Assembly (NCBI GenBank): GCA_963771465.1
Contig: CAVYTU010000015.1
Coordinates: 992,001 to 1,056,000, forward strand
Source of the DNA: an uncultured delta proteobacterium
GTDB taxonomy: Bacteria; Desulfobacterota; Binatia; UBA9968
Direction of reading: 5' to 3'
DNA length: 64,000 nucleotides
Shown here: positions 45,283 to 56,747 of the stretch, in pieces
Layout: every line of letters starts with the position of its first letter
Numbering within the stretch: the stretch's first letter is position 1
Translations under genes and position numbers: made by a program
The notes under the pieces: model-generated
Told to the model about the DNA's origin: nothing
What the model saw: only the letters and a program-made list of their open reading frames with translations
Database searches by the model: none

Positions 45283-46692
45283 ATGTGGCTTAACCCAACA
45301 GTGGGAACTAAGCCCGATAAAGCGCTCTCTCAAATCGCTTTTTCTGGGTTAGTTCACGGCTTGGTTCACGCCGGAGTCATGATCTCTTTACTGGTTATGA
45401 CGCCGATTGATTCCCAAGCCGCTAAACAAAAAGCTGCGCGCAAAGAAGTCGCGCGCGGCCGGACCATCCCCGCTTCAGCCCAGCCAGCGCCTCCAAACAA
45501 ACGACTCACTAAGGCCCAGGCACATAGCGCGCTTGTGCGCCATCCGAGCCCACAACCGATAGATTTTCCCGACCGATGGGAACGGGTGGTCTATCGGGTT
45601 CATGCCGGCGAAACATTGGCCGATCTTTTGGCTCGGCACAATGTGTCCCAAGCCGAGCGCACGCTTTGGACGCGTACGATGATCCGTAATACCGGCAGCC
45701 AATTACTACCTGCCGGCAAGGAGGCTCACCTTTTCTTCAGCAAATTGATCTTTCGCAGGCGCGGGAGCGCGCTCGCCGGCCAGCTCAGGGCGGTGGAAAT
45801 CGATCAAAATGATTCATTTACACTAACCCTAGAAAAGGGCATTCGAGGGATATTCGTCCAGCAGCGCGAAAAGCCCTTTGATGTGGAGCTTAAAACCGTT
45901 AGCGCAACCATTGACAGTTCATTGTCTGAAGATGGCCGTCGTGCCGGAGTGCATCCCGCCTTGCTGTCGCAACTTGCCGATCTCTTTACCTGGGACCTCG
46001 ATCTTGAAAAGGAAATCCAAAAAGGCGACAGCATCAAAATTCTTTACGAACAGCGCAGCCGCAAAGGCCAGGAAACCAAGACCAAATTACGCATTCTAGC
46101 GGCTGAACTGATCAACGCGGGTCAAAAATTTACCGCGATCTATTTCGAGCGGCAAAACGGCGTGGGCGGCTATTACAATCATGAAGGCAGAAGCTTGGCC
46201 CGTTCATTCTTGCGGTTCCCGTTGGAATTTACGGCGATAACATCGAAATTCTCCGAATCCCGCTTCCACCCCATTCTGCGAACTAATTTACCCCACTTCG
46301 GAGTTGATTTTGCCGCCCAACGGGGCACACCGATCAGAGCCGTCGGCGACGGAATTATCGCGGAAGCTGGCTGGAACGGCGGTTACGGCAAAGCAATCGA
46401 TATCAAACATGACTCTAACATTCTCAGCCGCTACGCCCATCTCGAGGGGTTCGCCGAAGGCATCCAGCCCGGCACCGTCGTCAGTAAAGGCCAAACCATC
46501 GGTTATGTCGGCTCCACGGGTCGCTCCACCGGTCCCCATCTCCATTTCGAGCTTTACAAAGACCAGCAATTTATCAATCCGCTCAGTGTCGACTTTCCTG
46601 CCGAAGATCATCTCGAACCTGCGTTGCATAAGCTCTTTGAGAATCAAATGCGCACCTATCTGGTCGAACTGAAATCGGCGCCCCAATCTTAA
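45283..46692 (+). CDS. M23 family peptidoglycan DD-endopeptidase (MepM-like)
   Basis: HFGVD, YAHL, GSTGRSTGPHLHFE; start placed downstream of the promoter, uncertain. Confidence 0.9.
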   Translation: MWLNPTVGTKPDKALSQIAFSGLVHGLVHAGVMISLLVMTPIDSQAAKQKAARKEVARGRTIPASAQPAPPNKRLTKAQAHSALVRHPSPQPIDFPDRWERVVYRVHAGETLADLLARHNVSQAERTLWTRTMIRNTGSQLLPAGKEAHLFFSKLIFRRRGSALAGQLRAVEIDQNDSFTLTLEKGIRGIFVQQREKPFDVELKTVSATIDSSLSEDGRRAGVHPALLSQLADLFTWDLDLEKEIQKGDSIKILYEQRSRKGQETKTKLRILAAELINAGQKFTAIYFERQNGVGGYYNHEGRSLARSFLRFPLEFTAITSKFSESRFHPILRTNLPHFGVDFAAQRGTPIRAVGDGIIAEAGWNGGYGKAIDIKHDSNILSRYAHLEGFAEGIQPGTVVSKGQTIGYVGSTGRSTGPHLHFELYKDQQFINPLSVDFPAEDHLEPALHKLFENQMRTYLVELKSAPQS

Positions 46693-46764
46693 GCCCCGAC
46701 CTGGCGACAAAAGTTAGCCTCCTCCCGTTTCGGTTTGTTTAAGCCCTGGCGTTTTTGCGGCTTA

Positions 46765-47260
46765 GTGAATATTATTCCTCTGCTCGTGAGCAGCTTGCAG
46801 CGAAGATATACATTATTTATCGTCAGCGGCGCCGGCGTTGGGTATTCACCCTATTTTCCCGGAACCAAGGGAACCCTGTTGGCGATTCCGATATCCATCG
46901 GATTCAATGGAATCGCCGCGCACGCGCCACTGTCGTTCGGGTTGTTGCTCGCCATCTTAACCGTGGGGGCGATCAGCCTGTCGACCACGGCCGCCGAGTT
47001 GCTCAAACAAAAGGATCCGCAGATGATCGTCATCGATGAGGTGATCGGTTTTTATGATCGCCAACTATCTCGCGCCGGCTCGATGGGCGTCGTTAATCCT
47101 CGGTTTCTTGCTTTTCCGTTGCTTCGATATCGCGAAAGTTTTCCCCGCTACGCGTTTGGAAAAGCTGCCCGGCGGCACGGGCATAGTGCTCGATGATGTC
47201 ATGGCAGGCCTATATGCCTTTGTGATCGTCCAAAGCGCGCTCCATTGGGAGTGGATATGA
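46765..47260 (+). CDS. pgpA: Phosphatidylglycerophosphatase A; +1 frameshift near 47052
   Basis: PGT.GT, DPQMIVIDEVIG, then FRCFDIAK.FP and VLDDVMAG after removing one T. Confidence 0.88.
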
Positions 47261-48504
47261 TCGAAAAAGCAGTAATCCTCAGCACCGGCGATGAGCTTAC
47301 GACCGGAAAGGTCATCGATACCAACTCGGCGTATATTGCCGACCGCTTGTTCGCCCTCGGTATAAAAGTCTCGGCCGTCCTCAAAGTTGGCGACGATCGA
47401 GAAAAGTTGCTCTGGGCTTTCCGCCAAGGGCGGGAGCTTGGCGATATCATCATCGGCACCGGCGGCCTCGGCCCGACCGCCGATGATCTGACCACGGAAA
47501 TGGTCTCACAGTTTCTAGGCGTGGAAATGATCGAGGATCAGGAAGTTGCCGGCAATCTAAAGGCTCGCTTCGAGCGCCGCGGCGTGCCATGGACGGCGAA
47601 CAACCTCAAGCAGGCGCTTTTCCCACAAGGCGCGTCGATTATTCCGAACCCGGTCGGTACAGCGCCCGGTTTCAACGTCGATATCGGGCAAGGCAAAAAA
47701 CTGCTCTGGCTCTCCGGCGTGCCCCATGAGATGACGGCGATGCTCGGTCAAACCGTGCTACCGTGGATCATTGAACGAAATGGCCGCCAGTCAAAAATTC
47801 ACCAGGCGGTCTTTAAAATCCACGGCATCACCGAATCGAAACTTGACAATCTTGTGAAGCCGCTGGAACTTGGCGACTCGGCCAAACTGTCGTTTCGTGC
47901 TCACTTTCCCGAACTCACGCTACGGCTGACGGTTAGCGGCGGCGACCCACAGCTGGAAAACTTTAATTTGCTGCGCCAGCAGCTGTGCGCGATCCTAGGT
48001 GATTACATTTACGCCGAAAGCGATGCGACGATGGAAGAAATCGTCGGTCGTTTGCTGGCCGAAAAAAACCAGAGTTTGGCGTTAGCGGAATCTTGCACCG
48101 GCGGGCTGATGGCCCACCGCATCACGCGCATCGCGGGCAGCTCGGCGTATTTCCTCGGCGGCGCAGTGACTTATTCGAACCAAGAAAAAATCCGTGCCTT
48201 AGGTGTTAGACCGGCGACCTTGGAAAAATTTGGCGCGGTCAGCCGCGAAACCGCGTTGGAAATGTCCCATGGCATCAAAGAGCGCACCGGCGCGAGCATC
48301 GCGCTCAGTGTCACGGGAGTCGCCGGTCCGAGCGGCGGCACGCCGGAAAAGCCGGTCGGCACCGTCTGGGTCAGCATTGCGCGCGACGATTGGCATGAAG
48401 CGAAACTGCTCACGCTCCTGGTTCTCACCGACCGCGAGCGGATTATTCAAGGCACGTCGCAGGCCGCGCTCAACTGGCTCAGGGTTTCGCTTTTGGAACT
48501 GTAA
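47257..48504 (+). CDS. cinA: Competence/damage-inducible protein CinA
   Basis: GDEL, GGLGPTADD, GTAPG, AESCTGG, GAVS, TGVAGPSGG. Confidence 0.95.
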   Translation: MIEKAVILSTGDELTTGKVIDTNSAYIADRLFALGIKVSAVLKVGDDREKLLWAFRQGRELGDIIIGTGGLGPTADDLTTEMVSQFLGVEMIEDQEVAGNLKARFERRGVPWTANNLKQALFPQGASIIPNPVGTAPGFNVDIGQGKKLLWLSGVPHEMTAMLGQTVLPWIIERNGRQSKIHQAVFKIHGITESKLDNLVKPLELGDSAKLSFRAHFPELTLRLTVSGGDPQLENFNLLRQQLCAILGDYIYAESDATMEEIVGRLLAEKNQSLALAESCTGGLMAHRITRIAGSSAYFLGGAVTYSNQEKIRALGVRPATLEKFGAVSRETALEMSHGIKERTGASIALSVTGVAGPSGGTPEKPVGTVWVSIARDDWHEAKLLTLLVLTDRERIIQGTSQAALNWLRVSLLEL

Positions 48505-48510
48505 ACGTCA

Positions 48511-49083
48511 GTGATCCGCGCGTTTATTGCCATCGAATTCGCTGCCGCAACCGTCAATCGGATCACCGCGGCGATCGAGCAGCTAAAGCCACACATCGTT
48601 GGCATTCGTTGGGTGGCCTCAGCGAATTATCATCTCACGCTAAAATTTCTCGGCAACATAGACGAGAGTCAGATCGAAACCATCGGTCCGGCGCTCACCG
48701 ACGCACTCCGCCCCTTTCAGCGCTTTACCATAAATGCTAAAGGATTAGGGGTATTTCCCAACGTAAAACGACCGCGCGTATTGTGGGTCGGCTTAGTTGG
48801 AAGTCCATTAACAACCTTGGCGCTAGCGGTGGAAGCGGCGTTGCTGCCGCTCGGTTTTCGCCGAGAAGAAAAAGCTTTTACGCCGCATCTGACCATTGGC
48901 CGCTGGCGCCAAACCGAACGTGCCGACCGGGTGCTTGGGGAAGCGCTAAAGAGTTGGACCTATTTTGATTTCGGCGCGACCGTGGTGGATGAAATTATTT
49001 TATTTGAGAGCGTGCTCAAACCCGCCGGAGCTATTTACAACCGGCTTAAAGTCGTCACGCTTAAACCTGACCGGGGGACGTGA
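48511..49083 (+). CDS. thpR: RNA 2',3'-cyclic phosphodiesterase
   Basis: Two HxT motifs (HLTLKF, PHLTIGR). Confidence 0.93.
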   Translation: MIRAFIAIEFAAATVNRITAAIEQLKPHIVGIRWVASANYHLTLKFLGNIDESQIETIGPALTDALRPFQRFTINAKGLGVFPNVKRPRVLWVGLVGSPLTTLALAVEAALLPLGFRREEKAFTPHLTIGRWRQTERADRVLGEALKSWTYFDFGATVVDEIILFESVLKPAGAIYNRLKVVTLKPDRGT

Positions 49084-49094
49084 AGGAGACAGCA

Positions 49095-50147
49095 ATGGAC
49101 GCTAATCGTGAGAAAGCTATCGACCTCGCCGTAAGCCAGATCGAAAAGCAATTCGGCAAGGGCGCAATCATGAAACTTGGCGAGGGCGGCATCGTCAAGG
49201 ACGTGCAGGTCATCTCCACCGGCTCTCTGGGACTCGATGTCGCCCTCGGCATCGGCGGCGTGCCGCGCGGCCGAGTGATGGAAATCTATGGACCGGAATC
49301 GTCCGGCAAAACGACTTTGGCACTCCAGATCGTCGCCGAAGCGCAGAAGCTTGGCGGCATGAGCGCCTATATCGACGCCGAGCATGCGCTCGATTTGGGC
49401 TACGCGCAGAAACTCGGCGTCAAAACCGACGATCTTCTCGTCTCGCAGCCGGACCACGGTGAACAGGCGCTGGAAATTACCGAGACGCTGGTCAGGAGTG
49501 GCGCCATTGACGTCGTAGTAATCGACTCCGTCGCGGCGTTGGTGCCGAAGGCGGAAATCGAAGGCGAGATGGGCGACTCCCATATGGGACTTCAGGCCCG
49601 TCTCATGTCCCAGGCGCTGCGCAAGCTCACCGCGACAATTGCCCGCTCCCATACCGTGGTGATCTTCATCAACCAGATCCGCATGAAGATCGGCGTCATG
49701 TTCGGCAACCCGGAAACCACGACTGGCGGCAACGCGCTCAAGTTCTATGCCTCGGTGCGCTTGGACATCCGCCGCATCGGCGCCCTCAAAGACGGCGACA
49801 ACATCGTCGGCGGGCGCACACGAGTCAAAGTCGTCAAGAATAAAATGGCACCGCCGTTCAAAGAAGCCGAGTTCGACATCCTCTACGGCACCGGCATATC
49901 GCGCGACGGCGAGATCGTCGATCTTGGCAGCGAGATCGGCGTGGTCGAAAAAAGCGGCGCTTGGTACTCCTACGGCGGCGAGCGCATCGGCCAAGGGCGC
50001 GAAGCGGCCAAACAGTTTTTGAAAGATCATCCGGAAACCGGCCAGACCATCATGAACAAGGTAATGGAAAAGATGGGCTTGAAAAGGCCCGAATCGGAAG
50101 CGCCGGCCGAAATGGTAGCGGTCGAGAAAAAAGGCAAAGGCCGGTAG
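49095..50147 (+). CDS. recA: Recombinase RecA
   Basis: [30 protein letters not shown]. Confidence 0.99.
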   Translation: MDANREKAIDLAVSQIEKQFGKGAIMKLGEGGIVKDVQVISTGSLGLDVALGIGGVPRGRVMEIYGPESSGKTTLALQIVAEAQKLGGMSAYIDAEHALDLGYAQKLGVKTDDLLVSQPDHGEQALEITETLVRSGAIDVVVIDSVAALVPKAEIEGEMGDSHMGLQARLMSQALRKLTATIARSHTVVIFINQIRMKIGVMFGNPETTTGGNALKFYASVRLDIRRIGALKDGDNIVGGRTRVKVVKNKMAPPFKEAEFDILYGTGISRDGEIVDLGSEIGVVEKSGAWYSYGGERIGQGREAAKQFLKDHPETGQTIMNKVMEKMGLKRPESEAPAEMVAVEKKGKGR

Positions 50148-50156
50148 GCGAGGCGC

Positions 50157-50663
50157 TTGCAATCGCTGAAGCAAAGAAGCCGCGGCGCACGGCCGATCGA
50201 TTCGACCGACGCGGCATTTGCAAGCGCGCTCCGTTATCTCGGCTACCGGGCGCGCAGCGCCGGGGAAGTGAAAAATTATTTGCGCCGGCGCGGCGCCACC
50301 GACAGCGTCGTCGACGCGACCATCGAGAAGCTCAGCGGCTTCAACTTCATCAATGATGAAACCTTTGCCCGCAATTGGGCGCTGTCACGAGCGCAAAGCC
50401 AAGGCTATGGCCCGCGGAAAATCGAACAGGAGCTGAGAACCAAAGGCGTCGTCGATGCGGTCATCGGCGCAGTGGTAAAAGAAATCTTCGATCAAGAAGG
50501 CGAAGAAAAAAGGGCGCGAAACATTCTCGAAAAAAAATTCACCAGTGAAATTCTCCAACAGCCTCGGGCGCTGCGCCGGGCCGTCGCCTTTTTGCAGCGG
50601 CGCGGCTACAGCAGCAAAGTGATTTTCACTTTGCTGCGCTGCCCGATGGACGACAACCGTTGA
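50157..50663 (+). CDS. recX: Regulatory protein RecX
   Basis: YL.YRARS, IND..FA, YGPRKI, FLQRRGYS; follows recA. Confidence 0.9.
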   Translation: MQSLKQRSRGARPIDSTDAAFASALRYLGYRARSAGEVKNYLRRRGATDSVVDATIEKLSGFNFINDETFARNWALSRAQSQGYGPRKIEQELRTKGVVDAVIGAVVKEIFDQEGEEKRARNILEKKFTSEILQQPRALRRAVAFLQRRGYSSKVIFTLLRCPMDDNR

Positions 50664-50667
50664 GCCT

Positions 50668-53305
50668 ATGATAACCGCAAGTGAAATAAGAAAATCTTTT
50701 TTAGACTACTTCGCCAAACAAGAACACACGGTGGTGAAGAGCTCTCCGCTAGTGCCCGATAAGGACCCGACGTTGCTGTTTACCAACGCTGGCATGGTTC
50801 AGTTCAAGAATGTCTTCCTCGGCCAGGAACGCTTGCCTTACGTGCGCGCCGCTAGCTCGCAAAAGTGTCTGCGCATCAGCGGCAAGCACAACGACCTCGA
50901 AGCGGTCGGCCGTGACACCTATCATCACACGTTTTTTGAGATGCTCGGCAACTGGTCCTTCGGCGACTATTACAAAGCCGAGGCGATCGAGTGGGCCTGG
51001 GAACTCTTGACCAAAGAATGGGGCTTGCCCAAGGACAAGCTCTACGCCACCGTTTATAAAAATGACGATGACGCCGAGCAACTGTGGTTCAAAATCAGCG
51101 GCCTGCCACCCGAGCGGGTGAGCCGCTTCGGTGAAAAAGAAAATTTCTGGGAGATGGGCGAGACCGGCCCCTGCGGGCCGTGCAGTGAAATCCATCTCGA
51201 CCGCGGCCCAGCCGCTTGCGACAAGCCCGGCGTCACCGGCCATGAATGCCGCGTCAACGGTGACTGCGCCCGTTATATTGAGCTGTGGAATTTGGTTTTC
51301 ATTCAGTACAACCGCGCCGAGGATCGCAGTCTCTCCGAACTGCCGGCCAAGCACGTCGACACCGGCATGGGTTTGGAACGCATCACCGCCGTGCTGCAAA
51401 AAGTGTTGTCCAACTACGACATCGATTCCATGCGCGCTCTCACCGCGACCACGGAAAAACTCGCCGGCTTAAAATATGGCGTCGATCAGACCTCGGATAT
51501 TTCCTTTCGCGTCATCGACGATCACGCCCGTGCGGTCAGTTTTCTGATCGCCGACGGCGTCACGCCGAGCAACGAAGGGCGCGGCTACGTACTGCGCCGG
51601 TTGCTCCGCCGCGCCGCACGCCACGGCCGTTTGATCGGCTTGAAAGAACCGTTTTTGCACGAAGTGGCGAAGTCGGTGACCGCCGTTATGGGCGACGCTT
51701 ATCCTGAACTGAGGAATGAAGAGCAGCGCATTCGCGAAGTCATCCGCGTCGAAGAAGAACGCTTCGGCGAAACTCTCGACCGCGGCTTGGTTTTGCTCGA
51801 AGACGCGACGGTGAAACTCAAGTCGGAGAATCAGCGCACCCTCGCCGGTGATGTCGCCTTTCGCCTTTACGACACCTACGGCTTTCCGCTCGATCTCACC
51901 GAAGACATTCTGCGCGGTGAAAATATTAACGTCGATCAGACCGGCTTTGAAAAACTCATGGAAGAGCAGCGCACCCGCGGCCGCGAAGCGCGCGAGACCG
52001 TCAGCATGGAATCCAAGATCCAACTCGATGGTCGAGTCCGCTTTACCGGCTACGACCGCCTCGACGACGAATCTTCTGTGATTGGAATATTCGGCAGCGG
52101 CGGCAGCAAAACCGAAGCGGTCGAGGGCGAAGAAATCGACCTGCTCACCGCCGAGACGCCTTTTTATGGTGAATCCGGCGGCCAAGTTGGCGATCGCGGC
52201 GCGATCAGAACCGCGCGCGGCGATGTCGTCGAGATTTTCGACACGCAGCATCCGACGCCGCAGCTCACATCCCATCGCGGCAAGGTCAAGAAAGGGCGCG
52301 TTCAAGTCGGCGACAAAGTCGCATTAATCGTTGATGCTAGGCATCGCCGTAAGATCATGCTCAACCATTCGGCGACGCATATTTTGCACGCCGTGCTGCG
52401 CCGAGAATTGGGCCAACATGTGCGCCAAGCCGGTTCGTTGGTTACGCCCGAACGGCTGCGCTTCGACTTCAACCACACCGGGCCGATCCCGGACGAGAAA
52501 CTCGCGCTCATCGAAGCGGAAGTGAATCAGCATGTGCGCGAGGATGCTGGCGTTTTGACTCAAGAGCTAAGCTACGACGACGCCATGCGCCAAGGCGCGC
52601 TCGCATTTCTTCGGCGACAAGTACGGCGACCGCGTGCGCGTCGTCAGAATCGGCGAGATTTCCACCGAGCTCTGCGGCGGCACGCATATTCGCGCGTCGG
52701 GTGAGATCGGTTTGTTCAAGCTCAATTTCGAAGGCGGCGTCGCCGCCGGCGTGCGCCGCGTCGAGGCCTTCACCGGCGAAGGCGCGTTGGACTTGATTCA
52801 TAATTATCAACTCCGCCTCAAGGAAATCGGCGATCTCGTCCGCGGCAGCGCCGATGACGCCGTCGACAAAGTGAAAAGGCTGCTCGATCGGCAAAAAGAG
52901 CTGGAAAGAGAATTAGACAAACTGCGCGGTCAACTCGACAAAGATCGCGTCCCTGATCTGCTCGCGCGGAAACAATCGGTCGACGGCGCCAGTTTTCTCA
53001 TTACCCAAGTCGACGGCGTCGACGGTAAACAGCTGCGCGACATCGCCGATCAAGTGAAAGAAAAACTCGGCTCCGGCGTGGTGGTCTTGGCCAGCGCCGG
53101 CGAGGCAAATGTAAATTTGGTCGCGTCGGTAAGCAAGGATTTGACCAAGAAGTTTCATGCTGGCAACATCATTAAGGAATTAGCGGCCATGGTCGGTGGC
53201 GGTGGCGGCGGCCGTCCCGATTTCGCTCAGGCCGGCGGCAAGGAACCGGCAAAAATCGATGCGGCGTTGAAACGCGCCGAAGAACTCGTCCGGCAGGCAA
53301 AATGA
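50668..53305 (+). CDS. alaS: Alanine--tRNA ligase; +1 frameshift near 52607
   Basis: FTNAGM, HHTFFEMLGN, NHSATH; removing one T gives ALAFFGDKYGDRVRVV...ELCGGTH...GGGGRPDFAQAGG. Confidence 0.96.
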
Positions 53306-53341
53306 TTCTCACCGTACAAGCGCAGAGGGCATTTCGCTAGC

Positions 53342-53770
53342 GTGATCACGATTGAAACCAAAAAGATCATCGAATCCACCGCCGGTTTCTGCGCTATCAT
53401 CGACATTACCGCCAAGCTCAAAGAGCATATTCAGCGGGCCAAAATTCGCGCCGGCACGGCGACGCTTTTCGTCTCCGGCTCTACAGCGGCGCTCACCACC
53501 ATCGAACATGAACCGGGTTTGATTCAGGACTTAAAAGAATTCGTCGAGAAATACATCCCGTCCGATCGCCGCTATCATCACGACGATCGTTGGGGCGATG
53601 ACAACGGCTTCTCCCATCTGCGCGCCTCGCTCTTCGGTCCTTCGTTGGCGATACCCATCGAAAACGGCGCACCCAGCTTGGGCACTTGGCAGCAAGTGAT
53701 CCTGCTCGATTTCGACAATCGTCCACGCACGCGCGAGATTATCGTCCAGCTCATAGGAGAAAAAGAGTGA
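53342..53770 (+). CDS. YjbQ/UPF0047 family protein
   Basis: GSTAAL..IE, YHHD, NGFSHLRASLFG, LGTWQQV...DFD. Confidence 0.9.
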   Translation: MITIETKKIIESTAGFCAIIDITAKLKEHIQRAKIRAGTATLFVSGSTAALTTIEHEPGLIQDLKEFVEKYIPSDRRYHHDDRWGDDNGFSHLRASLFGPSLAIPIENGAPSLGTWQQVILLDFDNRPRTREIIVQLIGEKE

Positions 53771-54789
53771 AAGACGAAAAGAGCCAAACCGCAGCCGTGA
53801 CCGAGATCGGCGTCAATCAAATCGAGTTTCACGATCCGCGCTTGTTCCGCGATCTGCTCGGTCAGCATGATCAGCACGTGAAAATCTTGCAAAATACTTT
53901 GCAGGTAAAAATTCGCGTGCGCGGCTCGACGATGGAGATCGACGGCGATCCGCTGCAAGTCGAGCTTGCCGGCCAGATTCTCCGCCAACTCTACAGTCTG
54001 TTGGAAAAAGGCTACCCGGTTTATGCCAGCGACGTCGATTACGCGATTCGTATCTTGAGCGGCGATAGTCACGCCCGCTTGCAAGACATCTTTCTCGACA
54101 CGATCTACATCTCGGCGCACAAGCGCACCATCACGCCCAAGAGCATCGCCCAGAAAGCCTACATCGATGCCATCCGTCGCTACGACATCGTCTTTGGTAT
54201 CGGTCCCGCGGGCACCGGCAAGACCTATCTGGCGATGGCGATGGCGGTCGCCGAATTGATGAAAAATAATTACGTCAGAATTATTCTAACCCGACCGGCG
54301 GTCGAAGCCGGTGAGAAACTCGGCTTCTTGCCCGGTGATCTGGCGGAAAAAGTGAACCCGTATCTGCGCCCGCTCTACGACGCGCTACACGATATGGTCG
54401 ATTTTGACCGGGCGCGAAAGTTAGTCGAACGCGGCACCATCGAAGTGGCGCCGCTGGCGTTCATGCGCGGCCGAACCTTGAACGACTCCTTCGTGATTCT
54501 CGACGAAGCGCAGAACACCACGCCGGAGCAGATGAAGATGTTTCTCACCCGCCTGGGCTACGGTTCGAAAGCGGTTATTACCGGCGACGCAACACAGATC
54601 GATTTGCCGGCAGGAAAGCCCTCAGGTCTGAAAGAAGCCGTGCGGATCTTGAAAGGTGTCCACGGCATCCGCTTCATCACGTTCACCGAGAAAGACGTCG
54701 CGCGTCACCACCTCGTACAAGAGATTATCATGGCCTACGAGCGCGACGAGAGCCACGCCAGCGTGAAAGACTTGCTGGAAAAAGGCTAA
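53767..54789 (+). CDS. PhoH-family ATPase with N-terminal KH-like domain
   Basis: [40 protein letters not shown]. Confidence 0.95.
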   Translation: MKDEKSQTAAVTEIGVNQIEFHDPRLFRDLLGQHDQHVKILQNTLQVKIRVRGSTMEIDGDPLQVELAGQILRQLYSLLEKGYPVYASDVDYAIRILSGDSHARLQDIFLDTIYISAHKRTITPKSIAQKAYIDAIRRYDIVFGIGPAGTGKTYLAMAMAVAELMKNNYVRIILTRPAVEAGEKLGFLPGDLAEKVNPYLRPLYDALHDMVDFDRARKLVERGTIEVAPLAFMRGRTLNDSFVILDEAQNTTPEQMKMFLTRLGYGSKAVITGDATQIDLPAGKPSGLKEAVRILKGVHGIRFITFTEKDVARHHLVQEIIMAYERDESHASVKDLLEKG

Positions 54790-54798
54790 CGCAGAATC

Positions 54799-55932
54799 CT
54801 ACTGCACCGGGTCTAGGGTGACTTTGGTCTGCACCGTGCGGCCGTCGCGCAACGATGTCACGTTCACCGCGTCGCCGACTTTATACTTCTCCAATGCGAG
54901 GTACATGTCGTTGGGCGATTCAATTTTTATACCATCAATGGCAGTGATGACATCGCCGAGAATCACTCGGCCCTGAGCATCGCGCCGCGTCGGCAGCATC
55001 CCGGCACGCGCTGCGGCGCTTCCACGGGCGACATCGATAACCAGAACTCCTGTCACGCGCAAGCGTTGAGCGATCTGCTCGTCGGCGATTTGAATGCCGA
55101 ATCCGGGGCGAATAACTTTACCGCTGCGAATAAGCTCCGGCACGATCCGGTTAACCGTGTCGACGGGGATCGCGAAACCTATCCCGGCCGACGTGCCGGA
55201 CGGACTGTAAATCGCCGTGTTGACCCCGATTAGCCGCCCCGCGCTGTCGAGCAGCGGACCGCCGGAGTTTCCCGGATTGATCGCCGCGTCGGATTGAATC
55301 ACGCCCTGAATCGGCCGGCGCGTCACCGATTCGATCTCGCGGTTGAGCGCGCTGATGATACCGGTGGTGAGCGTTTGATCGAGGCCGAAGGGATTGCCGA
55401 TCGCGAAAACATTCTGGCCCACCTGCAAATCCTTCGACGTGCCGATGGGAATCCGCTGTAGTTTATTCGCCGGAGCGTCGATTTTCAGCACGGCTAAATC
55501 TTTATCCGGCGCGACCCCGACAACGCGCGCTTTCCAGTTCGACTGATCGGCAAGTGTGACCTGCGCCCCGTCGGCATTTTGAATCACGTGAAAATTGGTG
55601 ATGATGTTGCCCGCAGTGTCCCAGACAAAACCGGAGCCTGTGCCCTGCGGGATCTGATATTGATTCAACGTGAACATATCCCGCTCGACTCCGAGAACGG
55701 TGATATTTACCACTGCCGGCGACGCCTGTTTGAACAATGCAATGTTCAATTTTTCTTCCGCGCGTAATTCGCCGCGCGGTGTCACCGTCCGTGGCGCTGC
55801 CTTGGGATCGTTGAGTGCGGCGCCATTCAACCAAGCTCCCTTGGTAATGAAGAGCGTCAGCGCGGCGAAGGCCAGCGCTGGCCAGAAATAATTTATCGCA
55901 CGTGAGCGCGGTTTAGCACTTGGTTCAGCCAT
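54799..55932 (-). CDS. HtrA/DegP-like serine protease with one PDZ domain
   Basis: TNFHV, DLAVL, INPGNSGGPL, C-terminal PDZ. Confidence 0.93.
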   Translation of the reverse strand: MAEPSAKPRSRAINYFWPALAFAALTLFITKGAWLNGAALNDPKAAPRTVTPRGELRAEEKLNIALFKQASPAVVNITVLGVERDMFTLNQYQIPQGTGSGFVWDTAGNIITNFHVIQNADGAQVTLADQSNWKARVVGVAPDKDLAVLKIDAPANKLQRIPIGTSKDLQVGQNVFAIGNPFGLDQTLTTGIISALNREIESVTRRPIQGVIQSDAAINPGNSGGPLLDSAGRLIGVNTAIYSPSGTSAGIGFAIPVDTVNRIVPELIRSGKVIRPGFGIQIADEQIAQRLRVTGVLVIDVARGSAAARAGMLPTRRDAQGRVILGDVITAIDGIKIESPNDMYLALEKYKVGDAVNVTSLRDGRTVQTKVTLDPVQ

Positions 55933-55966
55933 CGATTCCTCAGTTTTTCGTTTGATAAACTAATTA

Positions 55967-56029
55967 AAGCTAGGGATGCAGGAGCTCATTGTCAAGCCGA
56001 TTGACAGTCGGGAAATCCGTACTTAGTTT
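55967..56029. promoter_or_regulatory. Back-to-back promoters for htrA (-) and hsp20 (+)
   Basis: Minus strand TTGACA-N17-TAGCTT; plus strand TTGACA-N17-TAGTTT. Confidence 0.65.
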
Positions 56030-56071
56030 TCCCTCATCTTAATAAACACCCTTAAAAAAGGAGGGGCAATT

Positions 56072-56518
56072 ATGGAACTAGTAAGATGGGAACCGTTTGA
56101 CGGCATGAGCCGGCTGCACAGCAGAATTAACGATCTATTCGATGAGAGCGTCGGGCGGGCGCGCACGCTGCCGTCAGCGACCGCGGGTGCATGGCTACCG
56201 CCGGTGGACATTCTCGAAAGCAAAGAGGCGTATCTGATTCGCGCTGAGTTACCGGGGATGAAAAAGGAAGATTTCAACTTGGAAGTCAACGACGGTACTT
56301 TGACGCTGAGCGGCGAGCGCAAATCCGAAGGCTTGAACAACGATGTCGAGTATCACCGAACCGAGCGGGTGCATGGCAGGTTTTCGCGATCCTTCTATCT
56401 GCCGCAGACCGTCAAGCAGGACGGTATCAAGGCCACCTATCGTGACGGGATTCTGGAGATCCACGTGCCCAAAGTCGAGGAAGCGAAGCCTCGCCAAATC
56501 TCCATCAGCGTGAACTAA
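56072..56518 (+). CDS. Hsp20/alpha-crystallin small heat shock protein
   Basis: WLPPVDI, ELPG, ER..GRFSRSF.LP, YRDGILEI.VPK, C-terminal ISI/ISV motif. Confidence 0.96.
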   Translation: MELVRWEPFDGMSRLHSRINDLFDESVGRARTLPSATAGAWLPPVDILESKEAYLIRAELPGMKKEDFNLEVNDGTLTLSGERKSEGLNNDVEYHRTERVHGRFSRSFYLPQTVKQDGIKATYRDGILEIHVPKVEEAKPRQISISVN

Positions 56519-56541
56519 TCCGTCTGCACTAGAATTGGCGT

Positions 56542-56571
56542 CAAAAGGGGAAGCAACCGCTTCCCCTTTTG
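56542..56571 (+). terminator. Intrinsic terminator of hsp20
   Basis: AAAAGGGGAAGC-AACC-GCTTCCCCTTTT. Confidence 0.85.
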
Positions 56572-56747
56572 CATTTGCGTTCAACCCCGGATTCCACCGT
56601 TGAAGTAATTGCATGCGCCGACCGAGGCGCGGTCCTGGAGTAGTGAAGACACCTAACGCCGCGGATACAGAGTCAGTTTGCGTGGTTGGCTAGTCGTTCC
56701 AAAGGCTACCAATGGTTGCTCGCTCGGCAACCATGTCGGTTGCCTGC

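Noticed and set aside
49035-50174. Long antisense ORFs opposite recA, alaS, groEL and the kinase
   Set aside because: Shadow ORFs of GC-rich coding strands with no recognisable motifs.
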